A DNA stretch of 63,210 bases, the filler included, from Bigelowiella natans CCMP2755 (taxonomy: Eukaryota > Protista > Cercozoa), in NCBI GenBank assembly GCA_000320545.1. It is 8 parts of 8 records of this genome, joined end to end, with 100 filler letters (N's around TTAATTAATTAA, not from the genome) between each part and the next. Parts side by side here need not be neighbours in the genome. Positions count along the whole stretch, not along the records: positions 41,543 to 60,272 come from ADNK01003296.1; positions 60,373 to 61,744 come from ADNK01000592.1; positions 61,845 to 63,210 come from ADNK01001925.1; 5 more parts are not named here. One strand, given 5' to 3'. The stretch's first letter is position 1, and each line of letters opens with the position of its first letter. Below, one piece after another: positions 53,526 to 63,210 of the stretch. The position numbers were made by a program, and so were the translations under genes. The notes beneath the pieces were generated by a model. It had not been told where the DNA came from and searched no databases. It was given only the letters and a program-made list of their open reading frames with translations.

Positions 53526-54151
53526 GCAGTCATACAACCGATATAACAGGTAATAGCTAATCAAAATCCATTGCGGTGGTCGTCGATCTCTCTCATTCTT
53601 ATCTTGCAATGCTACGATGCTGCAGGAAGTTTAGGCATTTTCGCTCAGTCTCACTACCGACATTAGACCATGCGGGGAGGGAGGGAGGGAGGGGGGGAGG
53701 GAGGGGGGTATTGGGGGGAAGGGGAGGGGATTGCGGCAAAAAACTTATAACAATTAAAAAGATGATGAGATTATACATCAAATCGTCTCCATCAACTCTT
53801 CTTCCCCTCCCCCCCTTTAACCACCTTGCGCATAGCCGACGTGGGTAGAGTGCACACCGGGCATTCTCATGAAGAGATTCTCTGAGCACCTGAAAGTAAG
53901 AAAGAAGGAGAGAAAGAGGGAGAGAAAGAGGGAAGAATCACGCACATCCCCGTATTCTTTTCATAATCGCGCTTCCACGGGAAACAACCATGACAGCGGA
54001 AAGGGGGGAGGGGGGGCGGGGGCGGCATGCCGATCGGAGTTTCTTCGAAAATTCTATCTACCAGAAACAGCCCATTCCGAGGGAAACCATCTCCATGTTT
54101 TCAGGGAATGGAGGGTACATTGGTGTGCCTGAAGTGTGACGATGGTGATGG

Positions 54152-54200
<49 letters not shown>

Positions 54201-55511
54201 GGTGATTATTGTAGATAATTCCCGTAAAAGAATGCAAAAACTTGATGGATGATACCCCCCATCCTCAACCACAAACCACCTCATCGTATAACGTAAGAAC
54301 CGACTCTCAATTTTAAGAAACTGCTACCATGCCGTGAGCACAATGATAATAACAACATGTGCACAAAAGTGCTGCATTCACGAAGAATGAACCTAGAAGG
54401 AAATGCTTCTCATCCTTCCCTGGGGCATCAGGAATGGGAGACTCAGTTCCCTGAAGAGGAGGGGGGGGGGGAGATTATGTGATGGAGGTGTCGGTGTCAG
54501 GCTGAAAGCGCTGTATGCTAGTGTTTCATGCTGCATGCAGATCATAGATAGATTCAAGATTCGACTATTCTACAGCTGCTCTTGCATTCTAATCATTAAC
54601 GTCGTCGTCGTCGTCGTCGTGGCACAACCGCAATGCAGGCGTTCTTCTCGAGGAGTTCCACTGGTTTCCCCCATCCAAAAGCAGCTGCAGTGCGAGGGCT
54701 ACTTGCTGCGAAATCACGTATAGATAGAAGCACGATGATGAATGGAGAGAATGGCGAGGGTGTTGGTGACAGTCTCATTGTGCAAACTGCTTCGGCGCAC
54801 ACACATCATCACCAAAAAGGCCAGGTTCTTATCTAAATACATTCTCGGGTTACTCGGTCCTACCCATCGCGTACGCTGCGAGAGTAGTTCCCATGCCTAC
54901 TGCAAACCCCTTCGATCGCGCGGCCTTGTTGATCATTCTGCCGGCGAAATTGCGAGCCGTCGGGATCCATCCTGCGTAACGAGGGCGTTGTTTCGAATGA
55001 CGTCGTCGCTCTTAAGATGTGTGATTGGGACGATGTGGTGGAAAAGGAAACGATGGTTGGGACAGGAGAATTAGGCGCGGTCAAAACTCGAAGCCACGTG
55101 CATGTGCGTGTTTGTGCGCGCGCGCGCGCGAAACCAATGACACTGAAAGACGACGTTCCACTACTTTTAATGGCCCTGCTTCCCACTCCCCCTCGGACAT
55201 TTCTGAACGTGTTTAAGCCCCGACGCATGCTTGCACCCGCGAAGCCGAAGGCAAGAGAAGAGGACGGAGCGTTGTCTGGTGAATGAAAGAATGAAGCATG
55301 ATTACGGCATCTATCTCTCGTATTGGAAATACAAGAAATCACGCGCCGGCAAGCACATTCTCGCGAACGAACCTTCCTCGGCGTTTTTCGTAGCGAAGAG
55401 TACTACACAGGCGAGGGCCAATGCCGCAGCTGCTAGAACGTAAGCGAAGGAAGAGGAGGAGGAGGAGGAGCGGCGGTTGGAGAAGGGCTGTGCCGCAAAG
55501 CGTGCATACAT
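51472..55511 (-). CDS. msrA: Peptide methionine sulfoxide reductase A with bipartite targeting presequence
   Basis: Reads PPFPENMEMVSLGMGCFW|CSENLFMRMPGVHSTHVGYAQ|GVTKNPSYEEVCSG|TNHNEVVRVVYDP|FWERHDPTTLNQQGNDRG|TQYRSGIY|FYYAEIYHQQYDAKPG|SRQYCGL. Confidence 0.93.
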
Positions 55512-55846
55512 CTCTTCTGTCCGGTTGGTTAGGTTGTAAGACATAATTTCGCCTCCAACAGACCTCAAAATATGTCTTTGGTATAAAATCGCATGGATTT
55601 GACCCGGAAAATCATAACGAATCGCGAATTACGCGACAAATCACCGGGCCCCGTCGAGCCGTTGCCAGAAGGAAAAGCCTGGACCGTGCGGGAACTATCG
55701 CAATTATTGTGGCCGTACTTTGCTCGTGGAGATGACAGGGCATTTTGGATGAAAAACTTGAAATATGCTTGACGAATTCCATAAAAGGGACCCATTTTCG
55801 TCAAAATAGGATACTCGAAGCAGATTCGGTCAACGCTTCCTTTCCC

Positions 55847-56503
55847 ATGGCTTCCCGACCCCCTCCTCAGTCGCCGTCGCCGTCGGCGTCACCGCTCCTG
55901 CGAGTGTTGGCGGCGCTCTCCGCGATTGGCGGAGCCCATGGACTTACTATGCCTGCATATTTGGCTCATTCCCAGGTGGGTGGGACTGTGGCGTGCCATT
56001 TGTGTCATCATCTTGCTGAACGTGCCCTCCTCCCATGCTAATCCAACATACAGGCCAGCTTCGGGTACGTGCAGGATGCGCCGATTCCAGAGCTAGGTTC
56101 CCTTCGCGACGTCTTTACCAATCTATCCAGTACCTGTGAGGTATCGTATTTCCGATTGAATGAAATACAGCAGCAACCTTTATCTAACTAAGGCGCGCTC
56201 TCTCTCTCTCTCCCCCCCCCCTCCTCCCTAGGTGCTTGTGAACGTAAAAGCGAGTTCTGTGAACCCCACGGACCGCCATGTGGATGCATACCGGTTACCC
56301 AAAGTTATGGGCGCTGACGTTGCGGGAGTCGTCGTGAAGGTGGAAGATTCGTGTTCTCTTCTCAAACCAGGAGATAAAGGCAATATTGGACAATCATTGC
56401 TCCTTGCACTGTTGCGGAATGGGAGGAGCATCGTTTCCTTTCGAAAAAAATGCCCCTTTTCACCTTCTCCTATTAATAGTGTTTTATTTTTGATATTTTA
56501 TCA

Positions 56504-56542
<39 letters not shown>

Positions 56543-57584
56543 CTCTCTCGCTCGCTCTCCCCTTAACGTGGAACATGTGGTTTGCTTTTGCACTCCTCGC
56601 TCCCTCTCTCCCTTTCAGTGTGGGGTGATATCGGAGCAAACGCATTCTTTGCAAACGGCACAAAAACGAAGGAGCTCGGCGCCTACGGGGCCTTTGCTGT
56701 GGCCCTCGAAAGCCAGCTAGGGAAAATGCCAGAGTAATTAGTATTTCATAGCCATTAGGAGCACTAGTCTAATCTCTCAGCGATAAAAGATATGATCGTT
56801 GCGTTGTATATGATAGATTCAACTCCTTCTTATAGGCTGTCCTCTTTCTCCTCCTCCTCTTCCTCTATTTTGGTGTATGCGAAGGAACATCGGGTATTTA
56901 GAAGCAGGGGTACTACCCAAAGTAGCATTAACTAGCTACAAGGCTCTCGTTTGGTATGCTGCTGCGCCTTGGTCTTCTCCTCAAAGACAAGAGATTTATG
57001 ATCATGATGACGACGGTAATCATGATGATGGCGGCAAAGATGTGCTTATACTTGGAGGCTCGGGGGGAACAGGTCGTCAAGGAGGAGGAAGAGGAGGAGG
57101 ACGAGAGAAAAACTATAAAATGCATTCCGTTAATTATTTTTTTAAATGCCCCTAATGCAAACATTCCGAGCGTAACCTCTGCATGTAGAGCTACCGTCGA
57201 TAAAGGTAATGAGTTGTGATATCTTCTTCCGATGGAAAATGTCCTGCAATAACAACGGCTCAGGTTCGATTGGATTGCAGCTTGCTCGTGTCTTCGGGGC
57301 CCGCTCATTGGTGACAACTACCTCGAGCAAGAACGCCGCGTATTGCACGTCTCTCGGTGCTACACGGGTCATTGATTATCACACAGAGAACTGGTGGGAG
57401 GTGCTGCCCAGCGACTCGTTTGACGTCATCTACGACACGGTAGCCGCGAGCTATGAAGAGTCTAGCACATGCTTTCTCTTTTAAGTTTCCCCCTTTTCTC
57501 CTTTTTCTCTCTTTTCTCTCTTCTTCCTCCTCCTCCTCCTCCTCCTCCTCCTCCTCCTCCCTCTACCGCATTGTTGTCATCCTT

Positions 57585-57617
<33 letters not shown>

Positions 57618-57933
57618 GTCATCATGCTTCTCTCCTCCCCCCCACCCCCCTCCTTCGCGCGCTTGGCCTTTTTGCAGGTCGGCCAGGAAGGGACCGCGGA
57701 TAGGGCTATGCAAAAGCTCAGACGCGGGGGATCCTTCGTGACGATTGCCGGGGCTCTGTCGCAGCACCCAAAGCCGGGCGTCTCGCAGAACTTCTTCATC
57801 AATAGCGACACGAATCTCTCGAATCTGAAGGAGCTCAACGCTCTCAAGTGAGTGCGGCTACACGCGTGCCCCCTCCTGCCTCAAGAAGGAGAAGAAGAGG
57901 CCAGAAGAAGATGAGGGAAGGGGAATAGGACTC

Positions 57934-58012
<79 letters not shown>

Positions 58013-58505
58013 GTAGAAGATTCCCCATAGCAGCAAAATCGATCCCAGCTCACACACATTGCATAACGTCCTGTTACTGGCCATTTTATTACTGCCACCG
58101 AACGTTCATGATGAATGCCGATCGGCCGACGACTTTCGAAAGTAGTCGCTGCCTTACTAACGGGCTGAAACCACGTGCACAGGGGCCTTGTGGAGGACTT
58201 CAACCTTACCATGCATATAGACGGACAATTCAATCTGAGCCGAGTGGAAGAGGCCTTTGATATGAGGTTTGACATCTACAACGGCCATATGTGATGCTTT
58301 CCAATCATAGCCTTTTCTCTTTATAAATTAACATGCGTGTCAGAAGGTGGTGGATTTTATCTCACTCTGTGTGCGTGTGGGCGTGTGGGAGAGGGGGGTA
58401 TCTGCCGCTGATATATATATGTTTTCCCTTGTGTTTTGGTTACGTCAAACTAGCGCTCAAGGCCACGTTGTTGGCAAAGTATCCGTCGCAGTATCGCTGC
58501 AGTAG
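55847..58505 (+). CDS. Medium-chain dehydrogenase/reductase (NADPH:quinone/alkenal reductase-like, Zn-independent)
   Basis: Motifs: VLVNVKASSVNPTD; GADVAGVV; GAYGAFA; LPKVALTSYKAL; VLILGGSGGTG|SIGLQLAR; LGATRVIDY; FDVIYDT|VG; GHVVGKV. Confidence 0.92.
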
Positions 58506-58785
58506 CATCCAGGCGCAAGGAATAACGAGTCACCGCTTGTTGTGCGGAAAGACTGCGCGCGAATCGCGGTTCCATTTCGATGAGTGCCGTGCTTAACAAA
58601 TAACTCTGAGAGCTGCGGTGTGCAGTCGTTATGTCATTTTATACATACATGCCGACGACGACGGCACCGTCGTTCGTCACTATGTGGTCATTGTCCACAT
58701 TGTAGTTTTTCTGCTTGCTAAGCCAGAAGTCGTCAGTAATCTAGGCAAATGTGTCATCAAATGACGCACAACAACTATGTACATA

Positions 58786-58829
<44 letters not shown>

Positions 58830-58844
58830 CGGATGTAATGAAAG

Positions 58845-58891
<47 letters not shown>

Positions 58892-58899
58892 CACTCTAG

Positions 58900-60272
58900 C
58901 ATTACCATGACTAAATCAGTATATATATGTATACGTCATGCTCGCACGCAGAGATGAATGCGGCGCGATCGATCGAAGCGCATAGCTAGATGGACCGCAC
59001 ATTGGCTATGGGCGGCCTGCTGTCACGTTTCGCATGTACTGGCATGGCTAGTGTACCTAGACACATGCGCGATCCAACAGGCACATCTAGCTAGCTAGCT
59101 CGCTAGGTATGTGAGACCTTACGGATGCAATTAATCAATTAAATTTGTTCAATGCTAGAATGGTTCATACTCATGCATGTATCGCTAGCTAGCTAGATCG
59201 TAGCTGTGCGAAGCAGCGGCTACAGCGTAGATGTTGAATCCATTAGTCTCAGCTAAGATGTGTTCCGGCCATGCCATTGAATGCATGGTGAGTTTCGGTC
59301 ATGTGCTAGATGTGGTTGTCTGTTGCAGTATAGCAGACTCTAGATTAGCAGAGCTCCTGGGTAGCCGTCGATCAAAAGACTGGCAAGGCGACTGGCTAGC
59401 TGGCCTACGACTGACAATTGCACACAGTCGTTGTCTGCACAGTGACGACGATCGACATCACGTGCCATCACGCTAGCACGCGCCGCGTCAGCCACGTTTT
59501 CTCTAGCTAGCTAGATCTGCTATGCATAGAGTTGTTAGAGGCTAGATCTGTATGTAGTTCTAAACAGATTTTTGCAGAGGCGCGCCCAAGACACAGCTGG
59601 CGGACAGCTAGCTAAACAGCGAGAAGAAACTGGGCAAATCAACTGATGATCGAAGACTCGAATCATCATCATTGTCAACTAGTCTGCTTTTAGGGACTCA
59701 TAAGTCCCTATACGTGTACGCGTAAGGAACACATGTACCCATGCACACCACATGGCCTAAAAAGCACACATGCTCTGCTAGTCTGTTCATATCCACACAT
59801 GCACCAAACAAGCCACTACACATGTACCATTGCTATTACAAGCAACACATGGTACACATGGATGCATGTATGTACATGTGAGCGCTATCATTTGGCACAT
59901 GTGTAGCTATATATATAGGTACATGTGAAGTACGTGATGTACACATGTCGTAGACGGCTACACGTTTAGGGACTTATAAGTCCCTACGTGCTAGCTCATG
60001 GATGATGCCATGCACATGCATGGCGCAGAGACTGCAATGCGCGCGTAGCGGCGCGGCAACAAACAACATGCTGCTATGATGTGAATGCAACATCATTGCA
60101 TGCTGGCCTGGCGGATCCAACGATGTTGGCTAGCTGTGAACGCTACGTAGTCACAACTATAGCGAACGTAACCATTGCCACCTCGCTAGCTCGAGATCTC
60201 ACGCTTGAAATGCATCACCACATGCATGCGTTAGATAGTTAGATGATAGACACAGTCATTAATACCATAAAT
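58900..60272. other. CTAG/CATG/TGCA-rich island downstream of the MDR gene
   Basis: Same composition as the other islands. Ends at a gap. Confidence 0.7.
59691..59986. mobile_element. Candidate MITE/foldback element (296 bp) with palindromic termini
   Basis: TAGGGACT(C/T)ATAAGTCCCTA occurs at 59691-59710 and 59967-59986. Inverted similarity continues inward (TACGTGTA / TACACGTT). Internal CACATG repeats switch to CATGTG. Confidence 0.6.
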
Positions 60273-60749
60273 NNNNNNNNNNNNNNNNNNNNNNNNNNNN
60301 NNNNNNNNNNNNNNNNTTAATTAATTAANNNNNNNNNNNNNNNNNNNNNNNNNNNNNNNNNNNNNNNNNNNNTTCTGCACGTTTACGGTATTACAAGCCA
60401 CCTTAAAACATCCCAGGGATATCTTTCTCTTATGTAGAATATGACAACGGCACTGGAGCGGCTGTTGATCGTACTATTATTACTACTACCGCTAATATAT
60501 CCAGTCGGGTAAGGGAAAGCAAAAGTACTTGCTTGGTTTCACGGGGAGAAAGGGGGAGATTCTAAAGGATTTGGACATCATTTGGGAGGCCCTTTTTGAG
60601 AAATCAAAAATTCTTTTTTTATCCCCCCCCTTTTTTTTTGTTTTTTCCCCCCCCCCCCCCCCCCCCCTTCCACCCAAAAATGGATAAAAAAGAGCATAAA
60701 ATTCATAAACTGGTCGTCACTTCGCAACCGCGACTCCGTGCACTGGCTG

Positions 60750-61208
60750 ATAGAGATAATCTACAAGAGTTCCATTCTTGCCGCCAACACCCCTTCGAGC
60801 ATGGTTGCGCCAAGGCAGAAGCACCACTTCATCCAGTTTTTCTACGATATCAGCTCGAGGCTGGACTTCACGGGTAGGTCACCGGGGGCAGGGATGGGGG
60901 GGGGGGAGGTTGAAGATCCATTAATTACAGCTTCGTTTTTCCCTCGCATTGACTCACTGAAAAGAGCTTATTTGTCTTCCTTCCGCCCTCGACCCCCCCC
61001 TCCCCCACCCCCCCCCCTCCAGAGGCAGACGAGAGGCGGCGCTACCAGTCCCTTGTGAGTATCTTAAGCACGGGCACGGTGGAGGCGGAGTCTGTGGCCG
61101 ATCTTGACATTACGCAGAAGCTCCCAAAGCGACCCACCTCCAAGGACTTCAACTGCCCAAATGGCCATTGCGTCATCCTGCTGGCCAAAACCATCGAGCA
61201 GGTGATAT

Positions 61209-61248
<40 letters not shown>

Positions 61249-61457
61249 GAGAGAGAGAGAGGGAGGGAGAGAGAGAGAACCGAATAGTCTGTGTGTGTGT
61301 GTGTGTGTGTGTGTGCATATATTCATATTTATGTTCTACACAGGTGAATGGCCTCGAGATGATGGAGGCTGCGCTGAATCGCCATAAGATTGAGACGTCC
61401 CTGTGGGTGCTCAAGACGATGTTCCATCTCACCAATCTACGCAATGTATTGCAGGAT

Positions 61458-61501
<44 letters not shown>

Positions 61502-61566
61502 ATATGCGCGTGTGTGTCTATGTTTGTGGAGATGACATTAGAAGAGAATCTATACCTGCATGTTCG

Positions 61567-61602
<36 letters not shown>

Positions 61603-61740
61603 TTCCCTCCATTGCCTCCTCCTCTCTCTCATCCTCCATCATCCAGTCGTACCACCTTTGCACGACGCCCACCTCAAGACGCCAGTCCTCCGTGATGCTC
61701 GAGTTCCGGTCGGTGATGATTGATCACGACAAAGAAGATG
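60750..61740 (+). CDS. Internal exons of an unidentified gene
   Basis: GT/AG-bounded exons read ..KHHFIQFFYDISSRLDFT; RRRYQSLVSILSTG..GHCVILLAKTIEQ|VNGLEMMEAALNRHKIETSLWVLKTMFHL. The contig is gapped at both ends. Confidence 0.5.
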
Positions 61741-62054
61741 ATGCNNNNNNNNNNNNNNNNNNNNNNNNNNNNNNNNNNNNNNNNNNNNTTAATTAATTAA
61801 NNNNNNNNNNNNNNNNNNNNNNNNNNNNNNNNNNNNNNNNNNNNCCTTAATATCACCATACCTGTACGTGACCACAGCTCCGATCTGGGGGGGCTCTCCC
61901 TATCTTTATCAGTCATCCACTTCCTGCAAGACAAGTATATATCGTTGTAATTTTAGTAAGCAGCAGCAGCAGTGGCGGGGGGAGGAGAGGTATGGTACAC
62001 TTGAGGTGAAACAATAACAGCAGATAGACTCCTCTAAATGATGACGACGATGAC

Positions 62055-62087
<33 letters not shown>

Positions 62088-62289
62088 GTGTGATGTTGGC
62101 GCTGGTAGAGGAAAGGAGTGTTTGGCCTTCGATTTATTAGCATCTAATGGACGACGGGGAAACAGGTATTTGGTGAGGATTATCAATGTAGTCGTTGGTG
62201 AGTTGATCATAAGTACCGCATAGAAATTCTCGCCCATCTGGAGTTCGGAGAGCTGCATGCAAACAATAAAGACAGCCAATATGTAATAT

Positions 62290-62327
<38 letters not shown>

Positions 62328-63210
62328 TACATATCGATGTATTGTGGATGGGGACACAAAATAAAGATGTTTTTTACGTCAGAACGCTAAAAAAAAAACT
62401 CATTCGAAATACACCAAACCGCGCAAGACCGGTACTATTATCTTCTTCTTCTTCTCATTCATTCTTCATATACACACACGCATATACACACGTACACTCA
62501 CACTTATACAGTCACTCTCACCAAGGGCTCCCACTTTGCCAACATGCTTTCCTTTGCCATCCTGATACCTCATTACCTACACACCACCGCATGTAATATT
62601 AGAGGGGCAACCGAAGGGAGGCGGGGGGGTGGGGAGGCATGTAGAAGTCGGCGTGGACAAAAAACGAGAAGGAAAAAGACACCTTGGCCTCTTCATCTTG
62701 GAAATTCTTCACCTTGGGGGAGAAGGGAGGGCAAAATATGCACAGAGTTATTGTGATTATGACCTTCTTTTCTGCGCTCCCCCCCCCCCCCCCCCCCTTC
62801 TCTTGATAGTCGTTACCTTCGTAGCAGCACATCTGAGCGTCCTTGGGCATAATCCGACTAACAGCAAAAAAGGGAGGAAGAGGAGGATGAGTGCGAAACC
62901 GGAGGGGGGGGGGGGGGAAAGAGAAATTTTAGAGGGAGCATTCCAGACAGTATTCTCCCATGTGATTAAATGCCAAAAACCCTTGATATGAAATGAAAGG
63001 TTGCTGGGAAAGAAAATCCATGAAATTCCCCCTTTTGGTGATGCCCAACTTGCCCTACCTTTGGGTTTTTCAACAAAAAGGCCTCCCCTCCCCCGCCAAA
63101 AACCTGGACGATTCCCAAAACGTCGTTCATCACATTTGAAGGGGGAAGGGAAACATAGCCCTCTTCCCTTTTTTAAGGAAAAATTGGGAGGGAAAACCCC
63201 ATCATCATTG

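Noticed and set aside
61845-63210. Possible exons in the last contig
   Set aside because: I could not establish strand or frame with confidence.
1-63210. CRISPR arrays, rRNA, tRNA genes or prokaryotic operons
   Set aside because: No repeat-spacer periodicity or recognisable RNA gene was seen, and the gene structure is spliceosomal.

Overview
Eukaryotic nuclear DNA from an intron-rich, microsatellite-rich protist. Flagellar genes and a signal-plus-transit-peptide MsrA suggest a flagellate with a secondary plastid; a chlorarachniophyte such as Bigelowiella is a guess, not shown. Seven 100-nt contig joins (N44-TTAATTAATTAA-N44) interrupt the window. Most ORFs in the supplied track are microsatellite or antisense noise, so I spliced the real genes by eye. 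In order: 5' end of an LTR retrotransposon (gag, -); hypothetical (+); MYCBPAP-like protein apparently fused to RCC1 repeats (-); PI3/4-kinase-like (+); disrupted Crinkler-type NTPase-REase (-); CRAL-TRIO and a WD40 tail (+); unidentified gene(s) (-); SDHAF1 (+); COX6B (-); CFAP45 (+); GH27 alpha-galactosidase (-); GrpE (+); MAP65/Ase1 with a TPR tail (-); CEP44 (+); MsrA (-); MDR-family reductase (+). The most striking pattern is architectural. Within contigs, gene orientation alternates strictly. Head-to-head junctions are short ordinary spacers, while every tail-to-tail junction holds a 0.5-1.4 kb island rich in palindromic tetramers (CTAG, CATG, TGCA, AGCT, ACGT). All family assignments come from motif recognition, not database searches.
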